A stretch of 64,000 nucleotides of DNA, from NCBI RefSeq assembly GCF_001194135.2, contig NC_068983.1, positions 33,959,729 to 34,023,728 of the forward strand. The letters are read 5' to 3'. Of the stretch, positions 26,216 to 39,738 are shown one piece after another. The notes below the pieces were generated by a model. It was not told the DNA's origin. It searched no databases and worked only from the letters and a program-made list of their open reading frames with translations. How positions within the stretch are numbered: position 1 is the stretch's first letter; each line of letters begins with the position of its first letter. The DNA is from Octopus bimaculoides (taxonomy: Eukaryota). Made by a program: the position numbers and the translations under genes.

Positions 26216-26358
26216 TACGAGGGGTGCTGAAATGTTCCTGGTTTTAAGGGTACTGTGGAAGGCCTGGCTGGAGACCGAACCTTCCAAGGTCTCTCTCAAG
26301 GTTTAGAAAAACCGAAGGACCGCAGCAATAAGTGCGTGAATCTGAGAGGGGAATATAT
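26216..26358 (+). mobile_element. Internally deleted mariner relic (irritans/Hsmar2-like), interrupted by SINEs
   Basis: TA followed by a TIR-like CGAGGGGTGCTGAAATGTTCCTGG at 26216-26241, then directly the transposase C-terminus QGLEKPKDRSNKCVNLRGEYI (compare mariner RWxKCVxxxGEY). Possible degenerate right TIR near 26683-26715. Confidence 0.65.
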
Positions 26359-26660
26359 TCTTTTCTACTCTAGGCACAAGGCTCGAAATTTTGGAGGAGG
26401 AGGCCAGTCGATTAGGTCAATCTTAGTACGTAACTGGTAGTTAATTTATCGACCCCGGAACGATGAAAAGCAAAGTCGACCTCGGCGGAATTTGAACTCA
26501 GAACGTAATGACGGACGAAATACCGCTAAGTTTTTCGCCCGGCGTGCTAACGATTCTGCCACCTCGCCGCCTTAATTTAATCTTTTCTACTCTAGGCACA
26601 CGACCTAAATTTTGGAGGAGGCGGCCCAGTCGATTAGATCGACCTCAGTGCGCAACCGAT
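26357..26660 (-). mobile_element. SINE family A, full copy (26357-26575) plus 3' half of a second copy (26580-26660)
   Basis: TTTTCTACTCTAGGCACA tail occurs twice; CGGCGGAATTTGAACTCAGAACG and GCTAACGATTCTGCCACCTCGCCGCCTTAA in the full copy. Confidence 0.9.
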
Positions 26661-27904
26661 CCTCCTGTATTTTCTTTTATCCAAAGCCAGATGTAATATA
26701 TCTGCATTGCACGTACAGAATACGTATTGTCGAGAATGACGAAGGTTCAGTTTCCTTTATTTAGAGCATGTCTATAATGAAGGGAAGTCAGTTCTTAGTC
26801 AATGTCAATCGAATGATTTTGAAGTCGGATATCATTTTATCAAGAACCGCCTCAGCAAAAATAACAGGGTACTTGATCCAACATTTTTAATTGTCGATAT
26901 ATTGTGGAGAGATAAAACATGAAATGTAGTGTCGATCAGATCTATCTATTTAACTATCTGTCTGCTTATATATACACACACACACACGGACACACACGCA
27001 CACACTCTATTTCCAAACATATGACGAAATGAATGTGCACTAAACACAAAACTTGTATCACTAAGTCAATCTGCTTATTTAATACATGTGATTCTAACCA
27101 AATATGTGAGTGATACTTTCTTTCATTTGCTCACTCATATACGTATGTGTGAATGTGTGAGTGCATGTATGTCTCTGTATAGGCCAGAGTATGTGTGTAT
27201 GTATGCGTGTGCGTGTCTGTGTGTGTGTTTATGGTTCTATGCATATTGTATGACGTCAAATATCTCAATATGGTGTCGGTCAGATACAAAACATTATAGA
27301 TATATAATCTCGTTATATTTTATTAGTAATATGATTACCATTCTTACTTCTACATCATTAATTCAACTCTGACGTGAGACTTCGGATCTTTTATTGTATT
27401 TCACTTAGCAATGTGCTGTCATGAATATGTTAGCAGTATATAAATGGTCCAGTTATGTTGCTTTTATTTTATAAGTTACAATTACTTTGTTTGAACTGAA
27501 AAGAGCCATGATGTGTATTATGCCACGTTGTATAATTAGAAAACTTAATCAACTGGAATCAGTCGTAAAACTGATATAATAAAGAGGCGTATCACATGCT
27601 TTCCTCTGTGTAATGCGATACTTAACTCATTGTAGTGACGTTTGCTTTTCATGCTTTGCTTTAGACATCGAGAGAATGGAAACGAAATTCAATGAAGGGT
27701 TCTCTAAACATTATTGAATTTCGTTTTTCTCTAGTAAAAGCAATAAAAAAATACAGCCCTGAATTTGGTAAATCATTTAAACTACCTATTCTGTTTTTCA
27801 TCAGTTCGCCAAACTTATTGGCATTGGCATGTATTTCAAGGTTTGGTTCCCATTATGAAGTCTCATTCCAACCAAGAAATCTAATCTTTCGCATTCTTCA
27901 TATA

Positions 27905-28345
27905 TTGGCTTCAAATTTTGGCACATTACCAGCAATTTCGGGGGAGGAGTAAACCGATTACATCAACGTCAGTAATTCTTTTCTACTCTAGGCACAAGGT
28001 CCGAAATTTTTGGGGAGGAGGCCAGTCGATTAAATCGACTCCAGTACGCAACTGGTACTTAATTTATTGACCCTGAAAGGATGAAAGGCAAAGTCAACCT
28101 TGGCGGAATTTGAACTCAGAACGTAAAGACAGACGAAATACCGCTAAGTATTTCGTCCGGCGTGCTAACGTTTCTACCAGCTCACCGTCTTACATCAAAC
28201 ACAGTAATTGACGAGTACTTATTTTATCGCTTCCGAAAGGATGAAAGGCAAAGTCAACGTCAGCGGAATTTGAACTCAGAATGTATAAACAGACGAAATG
28301 CCGATAGGCATATTGACCGGCGTGCTAAAGCTTCTGCCATCTTGT
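27905..28345 (-). mobile_element. SINE family A, tandem cluster of three (27905-27975 tail fragment, 27976-28192 full, 28208-28345 5' part)
   Basis: GAAAGGATGAAAGGCAAAGTCAAC...CGGAATTTGAACTCAGAA occurs at about 28076 and about 28235; two different tail types are present. Confidence 0.9.
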
Positions 28346-29287
28346 TGCTTTTCTTTTTATTCCACGCAAAATATATCGTAAATATTTGTTTCTTTTTCTT
28401 GGGATAAAACATTCCATTACTGAATGTATCCCTCTTCCATCCTCAACTTCCTCTTCACCATTTCTACTCTGTCTGAAACCAGTCACGATTCTCTCCTTTG
28501 TAGGTTGATGTATTCTTTAATGCTTATACACCATCTTCTTTCCTCACCGCCCCTTTTTCACAATCCCTTAATTAAAAGCAAAATAATACAGAATGGTAGC
28601 AGTTTGTTCTGAATAAAGATTTGTAAACTGATATGGCTAAGGCAATCTTTGTCGGATATCCTGAAGTTTGGCCGTAAACTATTGTCCACTACATTGTTGG
28701 ATTGTTGATGTTGCGGCTGTTGTTGTTGTGGTTGTTGCTGCGGCTGTTGTAGGTGTTGTTGTTTTGGTGGTGGTGGTGGGGTGGGGTGGGGTGGTGATGA
28801 TGATCATAATTATGAGGTACACGATGTCAACAAAGTCACTGATGAACCGATGATGACGCTGATGTCGACGATGCTGACGACGATGATAATTTTCACGACG
28901 ACGACGACGACGATGATGATGGTTATGATCGTATATCCCAAATCGGCAGCTCTGACTAACTAGATATATGACGAAAGGCTTCCCTATGAGGAACACACCA
29001 TCTTCTTCATCTACATCAAAATTATCCCCCCCCACCCTCTATTCATTTCGAGTGTGTACAGGATTCACAGCGCTCTCAAGATGTTATGCTATAATTACAC
29101 ATTGATTTCACTGCAATTTCTAGCTGGTAGAATGAACCTCACCCGATGTCCTCGCTGATTGGCGTGCTCTAATTTGCCGAAATTTTGCTCTCGCCTCCAA
29201 TAAAGCTGCCTCTCTTCCTCTACATAATGTATTATGTAAGTTGTGTCTGATATTACAATTTCTAGGGTAAATTTCTATTATATATAC

Positions 29288-29328
<41 letters not shown>

Positions 29329-29814
29329 NNNNNNNNNNNNNNNNNNNNNNNNNNNNNNNNNNNNNNNNNNNNNNNNNNNNNNNNNNNNNNNNNNNNNNNN
29401 NNNNNNNNNNNNNNNNNNNNNNNNNNNNNNNNNNNNNNNNNNNNNNNNNNNNNNNNNNNNNNNNNNNNNNNNNNNNNNNNNNNNNNNNNNNNNNNNNNNN
29501 NNNNNNNNNNNNNNNNNNNNNNNNNNNNNNNNNNNNNNNNNNNNNNNNNNNNNNNNNNNNNNNNNNNNNNNNNNNNNNNNNNNNNNNNNNNNNNNNNNNN
29601 NNNNNNNNNNNNNNNNNNNNNNNNNNNNNNNNNNNNNNNNNNNNNNNNNNNNNNNNNNNNNNNNNNNNNNNNNNNNNNNNNNNNNNNNNNNNNNNNNNNN
29701 NNNNNNNNNNNNNNNNNNNNNNNNNNNNNNNNNNNNNNNNNNNNNNNNNNNNNNNNNNNNNNNNNNNNNNNNNNNNNNNNNNNNNNNATATATATATATA
29801 TATATATATATATA

Positions 29815-29965
29815 CGACGAGCATCAGTTCCCGTCTACCAAATCCACTCATAAGGCTATGGTCGACCCCAAGGTGCCACGCAGTGAAAGTGAAAGTGAAA
29901 CTGAACCTGGGACCATGTGGTTGGGAAGCAAGCTTTTTACCACACAACCACTCCTGCGCCTATAT
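29815..29965 (-). mobile_element. SINE family C head and core
   Basis: CCGTCTACCAAATCCACTCA and CCATGTGGTTGGGAAGCAAGCTTTTTACCACAC are shared with the 6778-7020 copy; head rc TAGGCGCAGGAGTGGTTGTGTGGTAAAAAGC. Confidence 0.85.
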
Positions 29966-30784
29966 ATGTATGTCTAGATTTAAACATAAATGCTTGTAAC
30001 GTGACGTAACTGTGTCTGTTTGTGCGTTATATGTTGTCCAAATTTGTAAGGTACAGCAGAATCGATAAACTTGAGCCAATGACTTATGCCATTTATGTTA
30101 TCGATCGTAAAATGGATAAACAGCAAAACCAATCTTGGCAAGATTTGAAACATGACGTAGATGTGACAAGACTGAATATTATGTAGAATTTGTTACAGCG
30201 CTGTTTTGTTTCTAATCGCTTTGCAAGCCGAAACATGAAAAGAAAGAATAAAATGTAGCATTTTCTTTATAAATATCAGTTTTGTACGACAATATGAAAC
30301 CTAAGTATCTTGGACAAACTTAATGCGTCTTTTCTCTGTCTCTTTCTCGAAAGTATTATAGATGTAATTGATAGGAATCAGTTAGACAACATTTGACCAA
30401 GCGTCATGGTGTTGCTTTTCTTAACTGTGGGTAGAAAAGATATACAACTACCCTTAGAGCCGAGAGTTGTTGTCTGCTGTTCGAGATAATAGGGATTACT
30501 GTCTTACGTAATTAAATGTGAAGTGTGAGGTTTGAAGCTGGAGTTTGCTTGTCAATCAAACATTTTGTTAATCATGTTTAAATAAACAGAGTTTCTTCTG
30601 ATGTGAATTTATAAAACAAAAACTGTGTAGGATAAAATACGCACTTTGTCACATGTTTGCTGAGGATTAATACTTAAGGATTTAAATTCATAGCCCCAGT
30701 TAACGCTTATTGATTACACTTACGGTCAACAACATTCCAGCTATGACCATCTGCAGTTTTTTCTTTCTAACATAATTACTTGAT

Positions 30785-30985
30785 ATTTTGGCACCGGTAC
30801 AACAATTTTGAAAGGAGGGAGCAAATGGATTGCATCAACTCCAGTAATTGTCTGGTAATTTATTGACTCCGAAAGGATAAAATGCAAAAGTGACCTCGAC
30901 AGGATTTGAACTCAAAACGTAAAAAACTTGAAGAAAAGTGGCGAGGTATTTTTCTTTTTTTTCTGACGTCTTAACGATTCCACTA
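30785..30985 (-). mobile_element. SINE family A, diverged
   Basis: TTATTGACTCCGAAAGGATAAAATGC...GACCTCGACAGGATTTGAACTCAAAACG. Confidence 0.75.
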
Positions 30986-32132
30986 AATTACAGACTTTCG
31001 TAACAAATCTACTCTGTTATCCAATATTTGCTATAAAATCATAAACTGTGATTTGAGTAAGATGCGGTTGTTATTTCTGGAATGTCAAGCCACCACACAA
31101 GGATACTTGTCAGCATAAAGTTTGCACATTTTGTGCCGAAGTAATCCAATAAAACAGGGATTCAGTCCATGTCCCAAAAGTTGGATAAGACTGGAATAGA
31201 ACAATAAAAACTGTGAGCACATCAGAGAATAAAATCTGCAGCACACATTACTAGGAGAATATCTGTATGAAATATTAAAATGAATTTTGTCCAACGCTCT
31301 TCATTTGGTGCCAACTTGTTAATTGGAGCAATTTGATCGTTTTTTTTATATTCTGACCATTAGTGTTGCTCAGATGGTGAACATTTACAGATCTTGTAAT
31401 TGTCAGATAGTAATGTGGAGATGTGGTTTCATGCTGTAGATTACACATACAGAAACTAGCTTAGTGAGGGAGCATATTGTCGAAATAGCAAGGAAATTTC
31501 CTTCAGATTAAACTTCGCTGTCTTAAACTAAAAACGGATATGCGGAGGTAGTATCTGTGCGTGTCTGCACATGGTTGCACTCATACACACACGCTAACAA
31601 ACACACGTTTGACTTACATTAAAGATTTGCTTAAAGTTTTATATGCGCGCGCACGCGTTTCTCTCTCGTTCTGTGTGTGTGTGTGTGTGTGTGTATGTGC
31701 ATAAGTTTCCTAACTTCATCGAGGCTTTAAGACATCAGTTTTTACCTTCTAGTAGAAATTATGTTGGTAGTAACATATTATTGAGGCTTTGATGTAGATC
31801 CACGTAAACATGAAGATGAATGATGGCTTATTTTCTCTTTCAAATGCTTGCCACAGGAATTCAGATATTTTCCTCTACAATAGGAAAATAGATTAGTATA
31901 ACGCAAAATTTCATTTCCAAAATAGTTTCCAAAACTGGGTAGAAATATAAGATAAGCCTGCAACAAACAGATCCACGTAGTTCTTCATAATTCCTCAAGG
32001 ATTTAATGCATCCAAAAAATATCATTCTTCCCTTAACTGATATCCGGGAATAATTTCATTGTTTCGTAAAGATTTAATAATGATGGAATGCAAAAATCTT
32101 TAGCAAAACGGAAGTATAATTGTATTTTCGAT

Positions 32133-32176
<44 letters not shown>

Positions 32177-32411
32177 ACTTCCTTTCTTTCTTACATCCTT
32201 TCTTTCTGTCTTATATGTGTATGTGTGTGCGCGCGCGCGCGTGTGTACATGTTTCCTTGTTTATGTCATGGGACTGGGAATTAATAAATTTGATTCAATT
32301 TTCAGCATTGAACTCCCCATCAGCAAATGGTATGAGGTTGGTATTTTAAAAACTGCTTTAAAATGATACCATTAAATAATTGCACGCATGCATACATGAA
32401 TCCATACATAC

Positions 32412-32452
<41 letters not shown>

Positions 32453-33091
32453 ATAAGGATAAGATCGATATTTAAAATATTGATTTTATCAAGTGGCTAG
32501 CATGGGAATAAAAACCGTCGANNNNNNNNNNNNNNNNNNNNNNNNNNNNNNNNNNNNNNNNNNNNNNNNNNNNNNNNNNNNNNNNNNNNNNNNNNNNNNN
32601 NNNNNNNNNNNNNNNNNNNNNNNNNNNNNNNNNNNNNNNNNNNNNNNNNNNNNNNNNNNNNNNNNNNNNNNNNNNNNNNNNNNNNNNNNNNNNNNNNNNN
32701 NNNNNNNNNNNNNNNNNNNNNNNNNNNNNNNNNNNNNNNNNNNNNNNNNNNNNNNNNNNNNNNNNNNNNNNNNNNNTATATATACACAGCTATTTTTCAC
32801 TGTGTGCATATATTTGCTTGCTCGTGTGCCTGTATATACATATATATATGTGTGTGCGTGTGTGTGTGTGTGTGTTTGAATGTGCGTGTTTCTTCTGAAT
32901 CGAATACTTGTTTCCGAACATAACCTTCTTTTTCGCTAGTTATGTATATGTGTGTGTTGCAAGACAATTGACGCCATATCATCCCTTATGATCTTATACA
33001 TAAATCCACCACTAAGATGAACGTAACCAACGTATACATTATACTGTATATTATATAATTTATATTTATAATATACAATGTGCAGCTATAT

Positions 33092-33292
33092 AAGTGGTGG
33101 ATTGGATTAATCGTTAGACAAATGTATTTTTCAGCTCTTTTCGTTATGTGTTCAAGTACCTCCGACGTCAAAGATGCCATTTTATCCCTCCAGCTTCCAT
33201 AAAATGAAGAACCAATCAAGTACAGTGGACGATGTAATCGACTTGCCTTGTCTCCTTAGAAATGACCGACATTGTGTCTACATATGAAAATA
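33092..33292 (+). mobile_element. SINE family A, highly diverged
   Basis: TAATCGTTAG...GTGTTCAAGTACC...CATTTTATCCCTCC...GATGTAATCGACTTGCC follows the family layout. Confidence 0.55.
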
Positions 33293-34794
33293 TTAAGACT
33301 GAATTGAAGGCATTTACGTTCTAAGTTCGAAACTCACTAAAACCAAACACTTCTTTCACATTCTTTAGGATATACAAAAATCATTGAATAATTACCAACA
33401 CTCCTCATCCAAATATCACGCCACGTGACAATATCACAAACCATTATTGCTATTGTCGTTTTGGTACTTTAATAATTGTTTATGCAAAAGTAGATACTGT
33501 CTGTGTGATATGATAAAAGAACCTTCTGACAGCTGCAACTGAGTGGCTAAAACAGTTAGACGACTTTACCTCCAACTGACAACCCCAGCTGCGTAACCTG
33601 TCATTGAAGCTACGTTGTATCATTCTGAATCAAGATATTTTACTCATGTTAGCCTAGATAATCTATACTGAGAGAGTATAATGAACAACTAACCGCGAGA
33701 TACAGAATGAGATTCATGTGAAACGTAAACACAGTGGCACACATAATGAATAGTTACATTAACCCTAGTATATTGTCTTTTTTTAAAATTATCTAGAAGG
33801 ATAAATGCGGCTTTTATGACTACTCCCACGTGGCCTCTGTGACTTTTGGAATTAATGAGGGTATTTTATCTGAGTTGTTCTTGTAACAAATTTCTCCTTG
33901 CAACAAAATGGACTCAGGAAAAGTCAGCCAACGACTATACGGTAGGTTTAGATTAAACATGGTAACGTATTAAGCCTATTTCAGCGATATTATTATTACG
34001 AAACATATAACGATGGAAAGCAAAACTGAGATCGGGGAGATTTAAACTCTGAAATTAACGCCACATAACAAAATGCTGCCGAGGATATTTTTTCTCCAAA
34101 GATTCTATCGATTCAGCTATATGTAAATAAAAAGTTGATTTCTTAGTTTGGGGGCTAGAACAGAATTTCTCTTTATGTGCAAAATCTGACTGGTAGCGGT
34201 GTTCAGTTCATGATCATAAGTTATGTGTTCATTTTGTGGTCCTAGTGTTGCATTGCGTATTTCATCAATGCATTTAATTTCGCTCCCCGCAGTATTCTCA
34301 TTTTTAGTGTCTACCAAATGGTAGATGGTGGAACCTTCTATCAGTTCAACAGCGATATCTGGCATGTTCCTTTGAGTCGAGAATGAGACGTTCCAGAGGA
34401 AGGAAGGCCGCTAGCTGTTCACAACTACATGGGCAATTAGTAAAAGTAAAATAAACATTACTAGGCTATACTCTATCACGAATAACTGACTACGATCTAT
34501 ATTCCATTAGTATATAATTTTATCAGACTAGCAAATGAAAGACACAGTTGGCCTCGGTAAGGATTGAACAATAACTAACTAAATAACACAAGACATATGG
34601 TTTAATCTAACACTCAACCATATTGCCATCCTATTTTGATATACAAATAATGGTATTATTGAACAATACTACAAAGCCTAAATTTTCCAGGAAGAGAAGT
34701 CATTTTTATCGACCTAACCCATTGATTGGTATTTTTCTTTTCTCACCCAAACTATCTACAAAAGAATGAAATGTAAAGTTAAGTATAAAATAAC

Positions 34795-34985
34795 GGTTTA
34801 AAAATTTGTCACAAGGGCAGTAATCTTGGAGAAAGACATCTTCAGCCCCTATTTCTGGACTGATATTTAATTTATCTGTGAAAGCATGAAAAGCAAATCG
34901 GCCTCCAGGAATTTCTGCTCAGAATGTAAAAACCAGAAGTGCTACATTTTGTCTCACGCGAAAACGTTGCCAACATGCAGCCTTC
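34795..34985 (-). mobile_element. SINE family A, highly diverged
   Basis: GGTTTAAAAATTTGTCACAAGG tail, ATGAAAAGCAAA and GGAATTTCTGCTCAGAATG. Confidence 0.5.
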
Positions 34986-35066
34986 TTAGAGCATAGAATA
35001 TCATTCACGCCTTCGAGAAGACCCCTGCACACACAAAGACACACCAACTTATCCATGTACATAACT

Positions 35067-35109
<43 letters not shown>

Positions 35110-35110
35110 C

Positions 35111-35180
<70 letters not shown>

Positions 35181-35910
35181 ATATATATTCATACACATAG
35201 ACACACAGATAAGTACAAATATACGCATATACACGCACAACCATACACACATACACAAATACATCACTTACACAAAGGCATATACGCACACACACACACG
35301 CAGAAAGACACGAAATGACACGCACACAAACAATGCACACACATACACACATGCCTGCACACGCGATCATGCACACACACACACGTACAAATATATATAA
35401 TTGTTTTCGAATAACAAAATTGGACATCTTGAACAATTTTCTTTTTAGATAGTTGGCAATGTCAGCAAGCAATTTTGAGACATTCCGGTTCAGAAGTAGT
35501 TTAATTTTGTTCTAGCTCCATTTTATTCTAATGTTTATTTTACTTAGTTTTCTCATATATCACTTAGTAAGGAGTTTTATGTTGTTTTCTTATTGGTTTA
35601 GCCTTTTATATATGTGCTTCTTTGTTATACAATCTATGTTTAATCAATGTTGCGCTAAAGGCCTTGAATGGAGAACGTAACATAAAAAAAATAATTATAT
35701 ACAAATACAACATCTGACAGATTTTTGGCACATGTTATGTTTTCTGAGTCAATGGCGACAATATAATAAGATGCATTTTGGTGTCCTGAGATGTAATAAA
35801 TATCATCGTTCCTTCCACTATAGTTAAGCAACGTCAGAATACAAAACTGTAGTTTTGCGACAAAGCCCTCAATGTTTAAAAATAATAATAATGATACTAC
35901 TACAACAACA

Positions 35911-35970
<60 letters not shown>

Positions 35971-36064
35971 NNNNNNNNNNCCACCACCACCAACACCACC
36001 ACCACCACCACCACCACTACTACGGATCCAACTTGTACAAATGCAAAGCAAAAGTCAAACATAA

Positions 36065-36660
36065 AATAATAATGATACTAATAATAATCTTCGAATCAGG
36101 TCTCGCCTTACTGGTTTTGAGAGGCCTAATTTCTCAAGATTGTTATTTAGGTAGTGTGGTACATATCCCAGTGCCCCAATAATTGCAGGTATAAACCTGA
36201 ACTTGTGATGTGGAGAGAGGAACTGCAGATTTCCCAATAGCTCAGCGTGGGTATTCTCTGTTTCACTGATCTTCAGTTTTATGTTAACGTTTGCTGGGTA
36301 GCTGATTTCCACAACTACAGTTTCTCTTCCTTGTCGCAAATCATTATTTCAGGTCTATTGTGTTTAAATTGTATTGAGGTTTTCACTGGGACTTTCCACC
36401 AGAACTCGATTTTATTGTGAATGGTTATGGCTGCTACCATACTGTTGGTTCTTATTTCTTGGCCTCGGATATCATTATACAGTTTCCTAGCTACAACAAC
36501 ATGTGATGAAATTTTCGGACAACTGCCTATGACATGGCTGATATCTTTGGTGTTAACTCCACAAAGTCTTCATCAGTTGTCATATTTTACTGCTTTTCCT
36601 GCCTGTCTATCCCTTTTGTGCATCAAGCATTTGGTTTATATATCTTGTTCTTCGATTGTA
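36065..36660 (-). mobile_element. Fragment of an RLE-endonuclease non-LTR retrotransposon (R4/Dong/NeSL group): CCHC knuckle plus RLE domain
   Basis: Minus strand: *RLCGVNTKDISHVIGSCP (CCHC knuckle, first Cys mutated to TGA at 36572-36570), then HNKIEFWWKVPVKTSIQFKHNRPEIMICDKEEK, frameshift, VVVEISYPANVNIKLKISETENTHAELL...FIPAIIGALGYVP. This is the RPD...E...K...IGALG restriction-like endonuclease layout. Confidence 0.85.
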
Positions 36661-37543
36661 TGAATGAATGTATGTATGTATGTATGCATGTATGTATGTA
36701 TGTATGTATGTATGTATGTATGTATCCATGTATGTGTTTACGTATGTGTGTATGTATATGTATATGTGTGTGTGTTTGTATGCTATGTGTATAAGAGCGT
36801 TTGCCGTATAAGAATTAATAACTTCAGCGCTTCATTCTTACATGAACGTTTTCGGTATCGACGTTTTACTCTAGATATACGAAGCTTAAAACGCAGAATG
36901 TTTGCGACTAGAACCTAGGATTATAAAGTGCATAAACTCTTTTACATTTAATAAATCACTCACACCATAACTGTGAGTGTCGATTTTGCTTAGCTAATGA
37001 AATCATTTCACTCAACGAGTTTGAAATCTTCGGTTATGAATTGTGTTCTTCAGATGAATATGAAAATGAAAGCTTTAACAGATGTTGATTTTGTGATTTG
37101 AAGTTATTGTATTTTTCAACGCTGCCGAAGTTTCGATATGTTATTCAGTGCAAAGAAAACTAAATGCATGACTATTGATAAAGAGAACGCTGCCTACCAT
37201 TTATTCCAGCGAATGCCTACCACTGACAGATATCAGGTATTCAAGTACTTTGGAGCCTATGTTGCTGACAGTAAGAAACGTTTTTGACCTGAAGTGCTTA
37301 TAACAAGCTTCAAAACGTTTTGCAATTATGTGTTTTAAAGGCAATAAGGATGTTCTTCATCAGGGCATGTGTAGATAGCATTTTCTTCTCTCTAGGAAAA
37401 GAACCTCAAGAATGATAAAGAAGTGTTTCAAGTACACATTGAAACGCCAATCGTCTGTGCGTTTCTTTCCTGCTTTCTCGTTTTGTCACTTTCACATGCA
37501 CGCACACACAGACACGGATAGACACACACTCACACACACACAT

Positions 37544-37589
<46 letters not shown>

Positions 37590-37747
37590 ACAAACGTACT
37601 AACATAGGTAGACATATAAAGATATCTGCATGAAAATCTATATATGTAAGTATATCCATAAGTATGTATGTATGTATGTATGTATGTATGTATGCATGTA
37701 TGTGTGTGTGTGTGTGTGTATGTATATATGTATGTGTTTGCACATGA

Positions 37748-37965
37748 AGGCGGCGAGCTGGCAGAAACGTTAGCAAGCCGGGCCAAATGCTTAGCAGTAT
37801 TTCGTCTGACTTTACATTCTGAGTTCAAATTCCGCCAAGGCCGACTTAGCCTTTCATCCTTTTGGCGTTGATAAATTAAGTGCCTGTTGCGTACTGGGGT
37901 TGCTCTAATCGACTGCCCCTTCCCCCAAAATTTCAGGCCTTGTACCTAAAGTAGAAATGAATATT
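37748..37965 (+). mobile_element. tRNA-derived SINE family A, best-preserved plus-strand copy
   Basis: Head AGGCGGCGAGCTGGCAGAAACGTTAGC (A-box-like), B-box GAGTTCAAATTCC (37821-37833), central GACTTAGCCTTTCATCCTTTTGGCGTTGATAAATTAAGT, tail CCAAAATTTCAGGCCTTGTACCTAAAGTAGAAA. More than 25 related copies in the window. Confidence 0.9.
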
Positions 37966-38899
37966 GAAAGTTTTAAGCGGAAGACATACTGATGTTTATA
38001 ATAATAATAATGTCAACAGCAACAACAATAGCAACAGCTTTGGCCAAGAACCTTGTGAGAATGTTGTGGAGAAAATTAGAAAGTTTCGGAGATTTCGAAA
38101 CTAAAATAAGGTGAAAACAGTGTAAATTATATTGGAAGTACCAGGTGTGAAAACGTAGGAATAGAAATATTCAAAGAGCATCGAGGCTCCCAGTACTACA
38201 CAAAGTCTAAAAATAACCTTGATATGTTATCACGCACAATACCCTATTGCAATAAAATTTCACTCCTTACCACAATTCAGCGCAACTGATTCACTTTTGA
38301 TATTTTTACACTTGCTCATAGAATTTCATAGTATTTTATGTTATACCTTACGTGTACCCCCATATCCCCATGTACCTCACACCCTGTGTTCATCACTGGA
38401 CATATTTGATAACGTAAGCAAGCATTATTAAAATAGAGAATGAAAGATTAATGTCGTCAGAAATAAGTAAAATTTGAACATTTAAAACATATATAGACCA
38501 ATAGAAAAGATCTCAGTGTCCCATCTGTCGCCGGAACCTGGATTTTATGGCAACCGACCTATAGAATAACACAGCTCACAGCACATACATTCAACAGAAT
38601 CACCATCAAATCAATATAGCACATACTCAACATAATTCAACCAAATTAAAAGGAAAGACAAAGGATAAAAAGAAAAATGTTCGTGTTATGAGAAAATACA
38701 AACAAATATGCAGATAAAATATGACGACTATTTAAAGATGAAGCTGGATTTTCAAAATATACTAAGGTGAGAAAAATATTGACGTGGCCAAACGACTATA
38801 AATCTCAAAAGCATGTTAGAATGATAGTCATAATAAGCACAAAGACTCTTGGCTAAAATCAAAGAGACGTCTGATTTTAGTCGCACAGTATCAAAGCCT

Positions 38900-39048
38900 A
38901 ACATTTTCACAATCGCTTTACCCCAACAGGTCCAGCTCTCTTTAATATTATATCAAAATACATCAAGACAGAAACAGATCCCATAAAATTCAAAAGTTCT
39001 CTGGACAAATTTCTCCAAAAAATCCCGGACCAACCACCTACGCCCGGA
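38900..39048 (+). mobile_element. Short 3' fragment of a related CR1/L2-type LINE
   Basis: Translates FHNRFTPTGPALFNIISKYIKTETDPIKFKSSLDKFLQKIPDQPPTPG, aligning with the GSQLFNALP...FKKELDTLLSTIPDEP tail of the 24745 element. Confidence 0.7.
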
Positions 39049-39115
39049 GTGGGAATGAACCCGGAACCATGTGGTTGGTAAGCAAGCTCCTTACCGCACA
39101 TTCAATCCTACGCCT
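39049..39115 (-). mobile_element. SINE family C head fragment abutting the LINE fragment
   Basis: GAACCCGGAACCATGTGGTTGGTAAGCAAGCTCCTTACC. Confidence 0.65.
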
Positions 39116-39474
39116 GCAAGAAATATTCGAGTATATTTGGCATTATCGAGTATGTCGAAACATCTACCAGGAAACGGTTAATGATAAAAACATATATCAA
39201 GTACATAGGTGCAAAACGATATTGAAGACACTATTACTCGGGTACCAAAGGTATTTTATTGGAACCACAAGAAGAAGAAAAAGAGAGAAATCTTCTCAAA
39301 CTGTTGCATGGGGTTTCACGTAATAAGATGGTTGTGATAATTCAGGTAGATATGCGTCAGTCTGGGCTATCACCGCTCTCTGATGAACAGTTGTGGGAAA
39401 CTCCGTGTGGCAGTTTAAGCGGGTTTTTTTTTAATGCTTGAAACAGAATAATACTATTAACGATAATAATAATA

Positions 39475-39738
39475 ATGGTTTCAAATTTTGCCAAAAGGTC
39501 TGCCAATTTGAGGGACGGGATGAGTCAATTACCTCAACCCCAGTGTTTCACTGGTACATAATTTACCGACTCCGAAGGATGAAAAGGAAGGTCGACCTCG
39601 GTGGAATTTGAACTCAGAACATAGCGACAGACGACATTCTGCTAAGCACTTCGCCCGGCGTGCTAAAGATTCTGCCAGCTCACCGCCTTAATGATGATAA
39701 TAATTATCCTTTCTACTATAGGCACAAGGCCCGAAATA
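39475..39738 (-). mobile_element. SINE family A full copy (39475-39690) inside an (AAT)n tract, plus a tail fragment (39708-39738)
   Basis: GGTCGACCTCGGTGGAATTTGAACTCAGAAC and GATTCTGCCAGCTCACCGCCTTAA; AAT/GAT triplets on both flanks. Confidence 0.88.

Noticed and set aside
31085-31280. Possible LINE C-terminal remnant (SAAHITRRISV)
   Set aside because: Only a short, weak motif match amid stop codons.
34117-34365. 82-aa minus-strand ORF in unique-looking sequence, considered as mGluR exon 2
   Set aside because: No similarity to the expected IPQISY...RVVPPD segment or any recognised domain.
37289-37320. CTGAAGT-GCTT-ataac-AAGC-TTC-AAAAC, hammerhead-like
   Set aside because: Both core halves are mutated and there is no second copy in the window; compatible with chance in AT-rich DNA.
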